From NCBI GenBank assembly GCA_965197925.1, contig CBDAOC010000013.1, forward strand, positions 20,066-84,065: DNA of 64,000 bases, given 5' to 3'. Numbering within the stretch: the stretch's first letter is position 1; each line of letters opens with the position of its first letter. This document shows, piece by piece, positions 11,232 through 23,005 of the stretch. This DNA is from Nitrososphaerales archaeon (GTDB lineage: Archaea > Thermoproteota > Nitrososphaeria > Nitrososphaerales > UBA213). Under the pieces are notes generated by a model. That model saw only the letters and a program-made list of their open reading frames with translations. It did not search any database and was not told the origin of the DNA. The translations under genes were made by a program, and so were the position numbers.

Positions 11232-11453
11232 ATGTCAGAAGATAGAAGTGTCCTTTACAAAATAAGGTGGGAGATATTAGTTATAGCGGCTTCACTTGTG
11301 CTTTCTGCAGTCGTAGTGCTTGCCATACCTAATGACTTTACAGATAAAATGCTTAACCAGCAAAAAGAGGAAAGAGAAGCGAAAAAAAAGGTTATTGAAA
11401 TAGGAGATCGGGTTGGTTTTAATGAAAGTGGAATGGCTGTTACCACTCCCTGA
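11232..11453 (+). CDS. Small single-pass membrane protein
   Basis: 73 aa with one hydrophobic helix; TATA-like tatttaaa ~30 bp upstream. Confidence 0.55.
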   Translation: MSEDRSVLYKIRWEILVIAASLVLSAVVVLAIPNDFTDKMLNQQKEEREAKKKVIEIGDRVGFNESGMAVTTP

Positions 11454-11592
11454 TTAAATCACTCTTACCTTGAACATGTAATTAAGTTCACAAAAATTCA
11501 CCATACTACACGCAAATTTATCAAGTAAACCCTATTTTGTAAATCAATCTTATACATATCATTCCCTTCTTTCACAAGCTTTCCTATCTGCA

Positions 11593-11946
11593 TTAATTTA
11601 CCAAAGCAATCAATAACAAATACAAATGTGTTAATCCTGTAGGTTCGACTACGTTGTTTATTAGGAATCCTACTAAAGACCCCTGAACGGCACCAACCCC
11701 TCCAGTAGATTCTTGCAGGTCTGCATGAGCGCATTTGTTTTCCCAGCAGTAACTCCCAATCGTTCCCGAATAATGTTCATCCTCATATACCAGCCATATG
11801 CTCTGAGGACCCAAGTTTCCTGGCAGAGACTTTGTAAAATATCCATATCCAAAAATAAACCATATTATTATTACTGCAAGGAAAAGTACAATGATTACTA
11901 ATTTGGTAGAAAATCCTTCTTTTCTAGCGTAAGCATCTTCAGACAC
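11593..11946 (-). CDS. Hypothetical membrane-anchored protein, 3' end possibly degraded
   Basis: N-terminal TM helix, GSYCW motif; starts 3 bp after the HMG-CoA synthase stop. Confidence 0.5.
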   Translation of the reverse strand: MSEDAYARKEGFSTKLVIIVLFLAVIIIWFIFGYGYFTKSLPGNLGPQSIWLVYEDEHYSGTIGSYCWENKCAHADLQESTGGVGAVQGSLVGFLINNVVEPTGLTHLYLLLIALVN

Positions 11947-11949
11947 TTT

Positions 11950-13350
11950 CTAATTTAAGAAAGAATATTCCCTAAAACCTTCTGTTGTCACTCCACTCCC
12001 TATCTTTACTAACACAAATTCTCTCTTTGATGACAAGAACGTTTCATCTAAAAGCCTCTCTCCTTCATGTAATTTTTCATATTCATCTATAGAGATTTTC
12101 TTCCTCTCACCTATCTCATTTTCTAGATCCATTTGTTTTACAATTTCAAGGTTTGTTGGTTGAATTATCCCACTAAAGACCATTGCACTGCTACCACTTC
12201 CATAAGATGCAAAGCCTACTCTTTTTCCAGCAAGATCTATACCCTTTCTATGCTCAAATTCCAGCTCGCTCCTGAAGCCCATGTACAGTGATCCTGTGTA
12301 AAGGTTACCTACTATTTCTGACGCTTTTAATGAACTGGCAAGTTTCGCATTAAAGATGTTATTGTATTGTGGTGTTTGCATAAACTTCTTTCTAAATACC
12401 TCGTCCTTCTCCATGAATTCTCTATCAGTAAGTATCGATTCAATTGTACCATTATTGGTGTTTGGCTTGGGTTCCTCCATCCCAACTTCGTTGATAACAT
12501 CGGCCCATTTTGGAAGGGTTCTCCATTCATGACGTAGTAAGAAAGACAGAGCATTTTTTCCCATCTTGGCATACGGTAGATGAAGAGCTAAGTAGTCTAT
12601 GTGGTCTATAACCGATTCATTAGTTCCTAGTGTAAAAAGACCAGTTTTCAGTGCCTTCTCCTTGTACTTTATCATCGCCTTCTTCACCTGTATAAGGTAT
12701 GATAGATTCGAGTAAGCACCATTAACCAGTGGGGTTTGTCGTCCAAAAGGTCTGAAGAAATCATGCTCATTCTTTATCACAGTAGAGGTAACCTTTTGAT
12801 CAAACACAAGAATTCGAGGATCTTCTTTAACTAGCATCGCGACAGCACCAGCTCCTTGAGTGTATTCACCTGTGGAACCAATATCATACTTTGCTACATC
12901 ACTAACAACAATTATAGCAGCTCTTCCTTCATTCTCATCCGCCCTTATCCAATTAGAATTATCGTATAGAGCATATGATCCGCTAACGCACGCAAACTTA
13001 CACTCTATGCCACCACAATGCTCAAAGCTGTCATTCCCATAAATCTGTTCAAGCATGCCAACAACATAGGAGTTCATGGCCTTTGATTCGTCAAGCCCTG
13101 ATTCCGTTGCTACATACAGCCTACCAACATCTTCCGGTTGAAGGTTATTCCTCTCCATCAGTTTTAGGCATGCATTTGAGGCCATCGTGGCTGGATCCTG
13201 ATTAGTATCAACCATTGCCATCATCTTCACACCTATACCAAACTCAAGCTTTGCAGGATTTATTCCCCTTGCCTCGGCAAAGTCCTTAGAATCTATGTAT
13301 AACTTTGGTACGTATATGGCTATATCGTCTATGCCTACGAGCCTAGACAT
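11950..13350 (-). CDS. mvaS: Hydroxymethylglutaryl-CoA synthase
   Basis: ATES catalytic Glu, KFACVSG catalytic Cys, GEYTQGAGAVAML, HLPY, GNLYTGS, SYGSG. Confidence 0.93.
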   Translation of the reverse strand: MSRLVGIDDIAIYVPKLYIDSKDFAEARGINPAKLEFGIGVKMMAMVDTNQDPATMASNACLKLMERNNLQPEDVGRLYVATESGLDESKAMNSYVVGMLEQIYGNDSFEHCGGIECKFACVSGSYALYDNSNWIRADENEGRAAIIVVSDVAKYDIGSTGEYTQGAGAVAMLVKEDPRILVFDQKVTSTVIKNEHDFFRPFGRQTPLVNGAYSNLSYLIQVKKAMIKYKEKALKTGLFTLGTNESVIDHIDYLALHLPYAKMGKNALSFLLRHEWRTLPKWADVINEVGMEEPKPNTNNGTIESILTDREFMEKDEVFRKKFMQTPQYNNIFNAKLASSLKASEIVGNLYTGSLYMGFRSELEFEHRKGIDLAGKRVGFASYGSGSSAMVFSGIIQPTNLEIVKQMDLENEIGERKKISIDEYEKLHEGERLLDETFLSSKREFVLVKIGSGVTTEGFREYSFLN

Positions 13351-13873
13351 TGGACATCAATCCTTTAGCTGTCATATATATCTATTTAGACAATTTCTTT
13401 AGTTCTCTAACAGAAATATGATCAATTACAAGATTTTACATTTATTTATCTTTATAGCCTTAATATTGAAAAATTTATCGAACCATGAGAGGCAATTCAC
13501 TTCTATAAAGGTCTTGAATCTCTAGCAATATAATTTGGTATTTTTTGGAGAGATTGTATTCTGACGAATATACTGATATTCACTGTTATGGCAGGTCTAG
13601 AAAAAAAATTATGTTAGATATAGAACGGATTTTGGATTATAAGATATTTGGATGTGTAATAACTGACGAAGTATTTTCACTACAAGGTAAGACGATCTAG
13701 ATGATCCAGCAGCAAAAACCAAAAAATGATCCACCATATTGATCTTCTATACCAGATTAAATTAGGCTAACACCGTGGATCGAAGAACTATTCCACCAAT
13801 TGAGGAAATTAGAACACTTCGGGAATGACATTAATGATGCTATAGTTCTTATACAATATTCTTTTTCTCACAT

Positions 13874-14740
13874 ATGCTTATTTCAAATAATAGGTGCCCT
13901 AGGTGTTGCAGTGGTAAAATAATATTATTATACGAATCGGAGAAACTAACTTGCAGCGGCTGCGGCTAAATTCCTCACAAGATTATTAATAGAAAGCTAG
14001 ATTGGGAAGCATTTACAAAAGCGGACAGAAGAAATAGAGAGAAGCCGACTCATATTTTACAAAAGCTGGTAAGGGATTTCAGCAATCATTGGAAAAGCGT
14101 CTATGACCGCAAATGGAAGATCATTGATGTTAAGAGTATTTGTTTACAGTATGCAGATATGGGATACTAATATCAAATTCCATCCCCAAGCAGAGAAATA
14201 TTATACATGTGATGAATTTCCTATCAAGACTTTGGACATATACTACTATAATCCCCTAATGAAGGAAGTTACTATACACATCTATCGGAAGATGTTAACT
14301 TGTATATTAATGATGAACAGATCGATAAAAGGGAAAATATTATCTTCCGTGTTAGTTGGGAGTAGTAATCATGGTGACCAGAAAAGTGACGCGGTGAAAA
14401 ATTAGTTATCTTAACAATAGTGGGTAAGCAAAGTGTTACCATGTATTGTTGAACGAGCGTGGAAAGAATATGCTTGTCATAGTTGCATTGAGGTAAATAT
14501 CAGGTATAACAACCGGAGTTGTACAAAAAAAATGAAAATACAGAGGTAAGCATTGGATTATAGATAACCAAGCAAAGAAAAAGGATGCTAATGGAAAGAA
14601 TCCGATGGATATTGCACCCACTGCATCAATACAGCACTAATCCTAGGAGAAGAAATAATCACACATTACAAGCTCGACAATTGTGTATGGATAACCGGTG
14701 TAAAACCAGGAAAGAATCACTCTCACCTATACCAAATATT
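13874..14740 (+). pseudogene. tfb: Heavily decayed transcription initiation factor IIB (TFB) relic
   Basis: Colinear fragments across several frames: CPRC..TCSGCG Zn ribbon, WEAFTKAD, ISAIIGKASMTANGRSL, MQIWDT, HIYRK..IKGKILSSVL, GKNPMDIAPTA. They match the intact TFB at 39704 in order. Confidence 0.75.
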
Positions 14741-14786
14741 GAATTCTAAATAGTAAATATTATATCTAGTATTAATCGTTGTTAAC

Positions 14787-15833
14787 TTGGATTTGGTTAC
14801 TGTATTTGTTAATGGTTTTGGTAACATAGGGAGGAGACTTGCGAGCGCATTATCTGTAGATAAGGAATTCAAGTTTTTAGGTATATCAAAATATACTCCT
14901 GATGAAAGAATAAGGGAAGCCCTAGACCAGAACTTTAGCATATATGTTCCAGATGATAATATTGCTGCTTTCGATGGTTATAATATTACGGGAACAGTGA
15001 GGGATGCTATTGAGCAGAGTGATATCGTTGTAGATGCAGCTAAGGAAGGTTTGGGATTTGCAAATAAAGTAAAATATTACTTACCAATGTCAAAGACAGC
15101 AATATTTCAAGGTGGGGAGGACAGGAATGGGGAGAGAAGCGTTGCCGATATGATCCATAATTCACGAGTAAATTATGAAAAAAGTTTCGGTAAAAAATAT
15201 GTCATACAGGGTAGTTGTAATGTGACTGGTTTGGGAAGGGTTATGCAACCATTAATAGAGAAGTATGGAGATGCTATAGAGAGGTTTGATGCCACGCTTA
15301 TCAGACGATGGGCCGATCTCGAGGATAAAAAAGAAATAAAGGATTCGATAGAGTGGACCAGTAACCCGCATCATCAGGACGATGTAGCTGATTTTATAGA
15401 AAAGCCTCCATTATACGTTGATGTTTATAAGGTACCCTCAAGGATGATGCACTTGCACCAGCTTTATGTTAGATTCAAAAAAGGTTACTCTCCTAGTATT
15501 GACGAAGCAATGGATTTATTAGAAAAGGAATTTGGTATTGTTGTTCTTCAAAGTGCGAAAGGAACTGCAAGTGTCAGAAATAAAGCAAAAGAATTAGGGT
15601 TTCCTCACGGTGATACCAACGCAGTCCATATACATGCTGATGTGTTTAAGCTTCAGGGTGATACTTTAAAGATAGTCTATTCTGATGATCAAACAGGTAT
15701 GGTGATACCTGAAAATCATATGCTGCTACAGGCAATGGCATTTAAGCGTAATAGAGAAGAAGCAATTAATAGAACTGATAGACTTTTTAATATGAATAAG
15801 CAAAAGAAAATCCTAATGGAAGAATTCCGATAA
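14787..15833 (+). CDS. gap: Archaeal type II glyceraldehyde-3-phosphate dehydrogenase
   Basis: VNGFGNIGRR, FQGGE, GSCNVTGL catalytic Cys, RRWAD, VIPEN. Confidence 0.92.
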   Translation: MDLVTVFVNGFGNIGRRLASALSVDKEFKFLGISKYTPDERIREALDQNFSIYVPDDNIAAFDGYNITGTVRDAIEQSDIVVDAAKEGLGFANKVKYYLPMSKTAIFQGGEDRNGERSVADMIHNSRVNYEKSFGKKYVIQGSCNVTGLGRVMQPLIEKYGDAIERFDATLIRRWADLEDKKEIKDSIEWTSNPHHQDDVADFIEKPPLYVDVYKVPSRMMHLHQLYVRFKKGYSPSIDEAMDLLEKEFGIVVLQSAKGTASVRNKAKELGFPHGDTNAVHIHADVFKLQGDTLKIVYSDDQTGMVIPENHMLLQAMAFKRNREEAINRTDRLFNMNKQKKILMEEFR

Positions 15834-15951
15834 TTGAGAATAAAATATTTGATATTATACACAACAATCTTCAACGATGTTCATGAGACCCAATCTAAAT
15901 CATAGCTAACCTTTATTTATTACAAATGGGTGATTATTTTCATCTAGAAAG

Positions 15952-17253
15952 ATGGTTGATATAGCATTACCGATTGATATAGCATTACCAATAGCTGCAT
16001 TGATTGGATTAATAGTGCTCTCCGGATTTTACAGCGGTCTCGAGGTAGCTTTTGTGTCTATAAGTAAAGGGCAGCTAAAAAGGTTTCTAAATGAAAATAG
16101 GCGGGGAGCGAAATCCCTTCAAAAATTAAAATCAAATCCTAGTAGGATGTTGACAACATTATTAATTGGTAATAATCTGGTGAACGTAGCAGCAGCTGCA
16201 ATTGCGACCAACCTAGCAATAATCTTGGTTGGTGATTTAGGCGTTGGTTATGCGATTGGAATAATGACCTTCCTATTACTCGTGTTTGGAGAGATAACCC
16301 CAAAAGCATACTGTAATGCACATGCCGAATCCATATCACTCCGATGGGCAGGAGTTATGATGGTGCATGAATATGTTATATTCCCAATAGTAAAAATGTT
16401 CGAATTAATTACTAAAGGAATCTTTAAGGTAATGGGAACACAAGAACATCCTCCACCAATTAGCGAAGAGGAGGTAAAAGCATTCATAGACGTTGGTGTA
16501 GAAGAAAAAATATTGCTGAAAGAAGAAAAGAAACTCATCGATGAGGTTCTAGAGTTTTATGATATACCTGTTAGAGCCGTCATGACTCCTAGAAAGAACA
16601 TGTATGTGCTTAATGCACATACGTTAATTCGGGAATCGATCCCCCTTATAAACAAGGGGGTATATTCCCGCGTCCCGATAATAGAAGGAACTAAAGACAA
16701 TGTCGTTGGAATCGTTCATAACAGGGACCTTCTTCGAGAGTTGGAGCACAAAAATATGGATGCTATGTTGAAGGACATAGCACGAAAGCCATTATTTGTC
16801 TCTCAGGAAAAAAGGATCAGCGAACTTCTTAAGGAATTTCAGAGCAGGCGGATGCACATGGCTATTGTTGTTGATGAGTTCGGAGGAACAGAAGGATTGG
16901 TTACTCTTGAAGATATAATAGAGGAACTTGTAGGAGAGATTGTTGACGAGACAGATATAGATAGGCTATTGATTGTTACAGTAGATAAGAATACAGTAAT
17001 AGTGCATGGAGATGTTGAAATTGATGATGTAAACGAAGCACTAAACATCCATATACCCAAAGGAGAAGATTACTCCACACTTAATGCCTTCCTTCACGAA
17101 AAGCTTCATGATATTCCGAAGCAAGGAGACAAGGTAACAATAAGCAATGTAGTTATTAGTGTGGAAGAAGTGAAACAAAATGCTCCCTTAAAAATCAAAG
17201 TGCAAAGGCTTCATTCTGATTATTTGGACAAATCAGCTATAGAACAACGATAG
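15952..17253 (+). CDS. CNNM/CorB (HlyC/CorC) family Mg2+ transport protein
   Basis: FYSGLEVAFVS, LIGNNLVN, FGEITPKA, CBS pair, VVDEFGGTEGLVTLEDIIEE, CorC domain. Confidence 0.92.
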   Translation: MVDIALPIDIALPIAALIGLIVLSGFYSGLEVAFVSISKGQLKRFLNENRRGAKSLQKLKSNPSRMLTTLLIGNNLVNVAAAAIATNLAIILVGDLGVGYAIGIMTFLLLVFGEITPKAYCNAHAESISLRWAGVMMVHEYVIFPIVKMFELITKGIFKVMGTQEHPPPISEEEVKAFIDVGVEEKILLKEEKKLIDEVLEFYDIPVRAVMTPRKNMYVLNAHTLIRESIPLINKGVYSRVPIIEGTKDNVVGIVHNRDLLRELEHKNMDAMLKDIARKPLFVSQEKRISELLKEFQSRRMHMAIVVDEFGGTEGLVTLEDIIEELVGEIVDETDIDRLLIVTVDKNTVIVHGDVEIDDVNEALNIHIPKGEDYSTLNAFLHEKLHDIPKQGDKVTISNVVISVEEVKQNAPLKIKVQRLHSDYLDKSAIEQR

Positions 17254-17339
17254 CATAATTTTCTATTACTATATTTTTTGTATTAAAAGCTAATAACTAA
17301 ACTATAGAGAAGACGAATCAGTCGTTCTTTAAGAATTAT

Positions 17340-17970
17340 TATTTTTTATAATCTCTTATTATTTTTATTACTTCATCATCACTTATCTAAGCAAAATCCT
17401 CATAGAATTCACCAAAAGTGCTAAATTCTGATGGCGTATGTAAAAACCAGAGTTCTATCAACAATTTCTTTAAATTTTCTAACCACTTGGCTTGGAGCAA
17501 CAGATATTGCAAGTATTACCATCCTAGGTTTTTTGTTTTTTGATCCATGTTATTGCTACCATCGTTGTTGCAACGGTAGCTATACCATCATCAATTATTA
17601 CAATGGTTTTATCCTTCAAATCATATTTACCGCTTCCATGGAAAACTACTAACCTGCGTCCTGCTTCGGTCTGGACCTCAATATCTGGGAACACTTTTCC
17701 CTGTTTTATGCCCAATATTTTGATCACATATTCATTAATGTAAGAGCTGCCATCAAGCATTATAGCAGCTATTACCAATTCTGAATTGTGTGGTGCACTA
17801 AGCTTTCTTGGCACAACAACATCTAGTAGTGCATCTAGTGACTTTGCAACAACATCAACAACAACTATACCTCCTCGTGGTATAGCAAGAATTGTTATGT
17901 TTTCATTTTTCATTCCGGATAACTTTGCTACTAGCTATAACCCAGCATCATTCCTGTCTGTGAATCGCAT
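17340..17970 (-). pseudogene. Phosphoribosyltransferase pseudogene (paralog of 44952-45587)
   Basis: MRFTDRNDAG then TAG; LAIPRGG, VPRKLSAPHNSEL, IIDDGIAT; further stops downstream. Confidence 0.85.
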
Positions 17971-18343
17971 ACTGGTTCAAAGGGTCAGTCAGTTCATTAT
18001 AAGCTAAGTCATGCTCTTTTTTCAATTAATATAAGTATAAAAAGTGCTATAAGGTCTTATTCAGTATAAATTCAAAACTGCTTATTTTACAGATGTCTAT
18101 ATTGATTTTGGTTGAACACACTTCATTTTTTGAGTATTCTAAGAAGTATATACTTGCAGTATTATAGCATATTTTTATGTTATAAATTAAATAGAAGATG
18201 TCAAAATCGTAGGGCAAAAATGTTACAATTGCTCACATAACGTATAGAAGTGAAAAAAGTATCATGATCTTATTCATTGGTTCTAAAAAATACTTTAGCT
18301 AATAACAGGAAATGTTTTTTACCATCTACTATTTCAAAAATAT

Positions 18344-18985
18344 ATGGAACGAACGTTAGGAATAGCTATTGTTGGTAGTGTTGTTATATTAGTTGCATTA
18401 GCAATGATTCTAGTTGTAGTACCAGATATAACCTTCGTCGAAGTTACTCCGACCTCAGTAAAGGTTGGTGCATTAGGAGGAGAAGCGCCAGTACATTCTG
18501 AAAATAAAATACAACAATTAGAACCTAGCTCTCTAGACGATTTGGAGCCCACACAAAGAGAACATCTACAGCAACAGTTAGATGACTTGAAGAAACAACA
18601 AACAAGAGATAGTCAAGAACAATTAGAAAATCTACAACAACAAATAGATGATCTGAAAAAACAAGATGTGAAAGAGCAACCAGACTTGGAACGACAGATG
18701 TTAGATTATCAAGGGACTTGGAATGTTAGTGGAAATTCTTATGGTTACTCTCTCTCTGCGAGGATAATATTATATGATAATACAGAATACGAGATGGAAG
18801 GAAATATAGGTGGTGCACCCTTACAAAGTGTTGGGATTTATAATATTGATACTAACAATGGAATATTTACGATGATTAATGAAATAGGTCAAATTTCAAG
18901 TTATTATATAACAGATCAAAGAATTGATTCCTTTTTGTTATCCAATCCTCTTACTGGAGAATTTTATTCATTTATGCGAAATTAA
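18344..18985 (+). CDS. Membrane-anchored hypothetical protein with coiled coil and C-terminal beta domain
   Basis: N-terminal TM helix; LQQQ(L/I)DDLKKQ occurs twice; intact 213-aa ORF. Confidence 0.7.
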   Translation: MERTLGIAIVGSVVILVALAMILVVVPDITFVEVTPTSVKVGALGGEAPVHSENKIQQLEPSSLDDLEPTQREHLQQQLDDLKKQQTRDSQEQLENLQQQIDDLKKQDVKEQPDLERQMLDYQGTWNVSGNSYGYSLSARIILYDNTEYEMEGNIGGAPLQSVGIYNIDTNNGIFTMINEIGQISSYYITDQRIDSFLLSNPLTGEFYSFMRN

Positions 18986-19283
18986 GGATTATGAGAGAAA
19001 AACTGATCACTCATTTTGTTTCTAGATAATCAATATAGAACAAGGGTAAATAAGTTATTTATTCTTGTTCCTTTGAAATTGAAACTTTATTTTCGAAAAA
19101 GTAAGTATATTTATAAAAAGTTAAGTTTCTATAGGGAAGGCATCATCCTTTTCTGAGTCCTTTGGTACAGAATAGTAGGGCTAGTAAGCATGTTCCTTTT
19201 GTACATGTGAATTATAGGCTTTTTTTCCAGAGCAAAGTACCCTATGCCTTTCACATACTTCGTAAATATGCCCATACTTAATT

Positions 19284-20374
19284 GAGGCATGGGCATTATT
19301 CCATATAACAAAAATAACTTGATGCCTCTGATTGATTAACTTCCCAACATGTGCTTCAATGCCCTTAATGGTCTTCCTGTTAGATGATTGTAGTACACCA
19401 TTACCTGATACAACAATACTGATAACAACACTATACTCCTTACCTTATCAAATCCTCTAACTGGCAATGGATCTATGGTAAATACATCCTTCATATGCTC
19501 TATCAATGGCTCAACGCTTATGCTCCTCCGAGAATATAATGCTGCCCATATTCAGAGTTATAGAACTGCAGCAATGCCAGTCTATTATTATCTGTAGTAT
19601 GCCTATACCTTTCCAATGGGAATACTGGATGCCCTCTATACCTGCTGAAATCACATAACTTGTGATCATCATATCCTTCATCTCCTACAACATACTTTAC
19701 CATTCCTGTAGGCAATGAAGATGTTATGCTTTCATACATCTTGTTATCAGTAATGTTAGCTGTTGTGAAATCAGCTGATAATGGAACTATCAATGAACCT
19801 GTGCTACATGCTAGATGCAGTTTGTATCCGAATATCCATCCCTTGGTTCTGCTGTAGCCCCATCGAGCATCTGTATCTATACCCGAGCGTGGCACTTCAT
19901 TCTTCTTCATGCTAGATTTGTGCCATACATGTCCCTTTGCTTTCAACAATGAACTATCAACGGATACTATGGCTGGTCTACCAACCCATCTTTTATGAAG
20001 AGCATACCCATAACATCTATCCTTGATCTTATGTCAATTGATACGGCCTTGACCTTCTGTCGAATGTTCTTCTGTCTGGTAATCTATTAAGACCACATGC
20101 CTTCATTACCTTCCTGTTGTATGGCATATCTATCGAAAAATATTGATGTAACACATTGTTGCTTGGTATTCTTATCCATACTCTAACGATGAAGCATCTC
20201 ACCATAACTGTAGGAGAATAGTAGAATGGTCTACCCCTTTTCCTATTAGGTTTTGACTAGAATCACGTCAATCAAAAATAATATACGAAGGAGTATCGAG
20301 TCTGAGCTAAACACATTACCAATATGAACTGGAACCTGATCTTATCGTTTCGAACTAAATTACGCCCAAGCCTC
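19284..20374 (-). mobile_element. IS element 'B' (DDE transposase, IS982/IS4/IS5-like), full-length copy with frameshifts
   Basis: TIRs GAGGCATGGGCATTATT / GAGGCTTGGGCGTAATT; near-identical to 40707-41803; DARWGYSRTKGWIFGYKLH; no TSD. Confidence 0.88.
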
Positions 20375-20737
20375 AAATATATATCAAATTAGATCGAGAT
20401 GAATAAGCACCAGTATCGTTCTAATAAGATTTAGCGGTTATTAGATATTGTTCTACTTTTTGTTCTGACTTTTTGGAATTCTTGTATCTACCCCGTGAAT
20501 TATTTTTTCGTGTTGGTCACAAGCCTTGTGTGGTTTTACACTTTCATTCTTAAGTAACTTGTTGATACGTACATTTGATCCCACCGTTAATAGAACTAGT
20601 TATCAGGAAGTAACCCGTTTCCTCGTGAGAAGGCAAAGATTATCATATTGAATATCTAATTGCGTAGAAATAAATAATATCTATGATTGAATGAATATTC
20701 ATAACTTATTTATGGCCTACTTCAATTTTGTGTAACA

Positions 20738-21175
20738 ATGAAAAGTATTAGACTCGAGACTGGACTAGCAATTGCCTCTCTTGGACTTCATATAATGTTC
20801 GTGGCATATTTGTCATCATTTTACCATGCCCTGTCACGTCCTATAGAAGGTTTTAATATTATATTTTATCCTTCACAGCTTCTATTGGTTGGCGTGTTCC
20901 TTTTTGCGCTACCAGGTTTTGGGTTAGTCATTATAACATATTTTTTATCAAAAAGAGATGCGCCAAGGGAGACTAGCATCTTACTTATAGCTCATGGTAT
21001 AATGATGCCGTTGGGAATGTTTTATGCGTCGACCCTTACAAGTAACATTAATGAAGCCTATAGATCTTTTGAACTTTTAATCATTCCACAAATATTCTTG
21101 ATCGTTGGTGTTATACCAATAGCATTTGGTATTCACATTGCGAAACTCAAACCAGTAAAACAACGTTATGGCTGA
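20738..21175 (+). CDS. Hypothetical 4-TM membrane protein
   Basis: 145-aa hydrophobic ORF with an upstream TATA-like box. Confidence 0.7.
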   Translation: MKSIRLETGLAIASLGLHIMFVAYLSSFYHALSRPIEGFNIIFYPSQLLLVGVFLFALPGFGLVIITYFLSKRDAPRETSILLIAHGIMMPLGMFYASTLTSNINEAYRSFELLIIPQIFLIVGVIPIAFGIHIAKLKPVKQRYG

Positions 21176-21213
21176 CATTACCTTTCTATTACGAAGTTCT
21201 AGAATCTCGAATT

Positions 21214-22128
21214 ATGAGGTTTTTGGTGACTGGTGGTGCAGGTTTTATAGGTTCAGATATTACAGAAAGAGTATCAAAAGATCATGATGTTATTGTTCTT
21301 GATGATCCTCATCCTGGACATAAGAAAACATTGATGATTATGATGTGAAAGTTGTCAAAGGTTCCGTAAGGGATGTACTGAGTATGAATAGATTATGCAA
21401 ACAGTGTGATTATGTCTTTCATTATGCTGTGAAGAGCTTATCTCCAATGTTCAAGGAACAACCAAAACTGGGAATGGAAGTGAATCTGATTGGTTTCATG
21501 AATGTTATGAAATCCCCTTTTGATATGGTGTAAAGAAGGTCATTTACGCTTCACATTCTCAATGTATAATGATAACACTTTGCCATTCAGCGAAACTCAA
21601 CCTATAACAGCCAAGACTCTCTACGAGGCGTCGTTTCGCAGCGAGGAGATAGATGCGCAAACGTACTATGAAAATGACTTTATTTCCATAGAGATTGAGA
21701 TACTTTAGTGAGTATGGACTTAATGAACACCATAAGGGGCATTGCCAATAATATATCATAGTTCCTTTGGGATATGATGGAGAATAAATCACTGTTAATC
21801 TACGGTAATATCACCCAGAGAAGAGATTTTACATTAGTGCGAGATGTTGTTGATGCAAATATAATGACAATGACCCCCAACATAAATTTCGGTATTTTCA
21901 ATGCCGGGACAGGTATAGGAACGACTTTCACCAACTTTGTATCATTGATCAACAAATTTCTAGGTACGTCCATAAAACCTAGATTTATTGAAAATCCACT
22001 CGAAAATTATGTACATGATATAATAACAGATCTAGCTCAAATGTCAAGATCTCTAGGTTTTAGACCAAAATGGAACTCTTGAGAAGGAGATAAAATTCCT
22101 AATTGATTATTATAGAAATGCACAATAA
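21214..22128 (+). pseudogene. NAD-dependent epimerase/dehydratase pseudogene
   Basis: MRFLVTGGAGFIGS at 21214; later frames give LYEAS, IYGNITQRRDFTLVRDVVDAN, FNAGTG; several frameshifts. Confidence 0.88.
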
Positions 22129-22240
22129 TTATCCTGTAATATGGATGTAAATGGTATCTTGATATGATGATAATCCCCTCAACAACCATACAATTTATTT
22201 CCAAACCAAGTTTAAATCATCATACTTCACACTTATAACG

Positions 22241-22540
22241 ATGCCAGACTCAGGTGCAATGAGGCTATTCTGGTATTTATTTGCGGGAACTAGGGGAGGC
22301 GGTACTAGAATTGAAATTATTATGCGCCTAAGGGACAAACCATCTAACAGAAATCAACTTGCAGAGGAAATGAGACTGGATTACAAGTCAATTCAACATC
22401 ATTTGGGTGTACTTGAAAAGAACAATTTGATTACGCGGCAAGGAGAGAAGTACGGTATTATGTTCTTCATCTCCTCATATTTGGAAGTTAATGCTGGAGC
22501 TTTTGATGAAATATGTAAAAAATTGGAAAAAAGTAAATAA
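22241..22540 (+). CDS. ArsR-like winged-helix transcriptional regulator
   Basis: LFWYLFAGTRGGGTRIEI..NQLAEEMRLDYKSIQHHLGVLEKNNLI. Confidence 0.85.
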   Translation: MPDSGAMRLFWYLFAGTRGGGTRIEIIMRLRDKPSNRNQLAEEMRLDYKSIQHHLGVLEKNNLITRQGEKYGIMFFISSYLEVNAGAFDEICKKLEKSK

Positions 22541-22564
22541 ACAAATTTGAATTATTAACCATGA

Positions 22565-22846
22565 ATGTCTATAGTAATGGATGCGAGTGCAGTAGTAAGT
22601 TTAGCCAATGTTGGGATATTGGTTGGCTTGATAATTCTGTATGCAAAAACGTACAACAGTTCTAGAGCTCAATTTACTCTGGGATTGATCTTCTTCGCTT
22701 CACTTTTGCTCATACAGAACGCTATAGGTATATACTCATATGTAACTATGGCTCCTTTCTTTTCAGAAGCTGTTCTTCCATACGTATTGGCCATTAACAT
22801 TGCAGAATTAGGAGGGCTCTCTATCCTATTAAAAATCACTTGGTAA
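22565..22846 (+). CDS. Small 3-TM membrane protein downstream of the wHTH gene
   Basis: 93 aa hydrophobic; FTLGLIFFASLLLIQN. Confidence 0.7.
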   Translation: MSIVMDASAVVSLANVGILVGLIILYAKTYNSSRAQFTLGLIFFASLLLIQNAIGIYSYVTMAPFFSEAVLPYVLAINIAELGGLSILLKITW

Positions 22847-23005
22847 AATTGTTTAGGTGATTAAATAGTAAGAAAATACCTAATATTCTATAAATTTACG
22901 AACAATCCAGACATTGTGAGACGAACCTCTAATTTGGTCAAATGTATGAATATTGGCTTGTTTTTTTAGAATAAGATTTATTCAACTTCATGATTAGCAA
23001 TATAC

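Noticed and set aside
14560..14640. Ankyrin-like KDANGKNPMDIA
   Set aside because: Better explained as the GKDPMGIAA motif of the TFB relic.
15958..15993. 18-bp duplication (DIALPI x2) at the CNNM gene start
   Set aside because: Real but a trivial in-frame slippage event.
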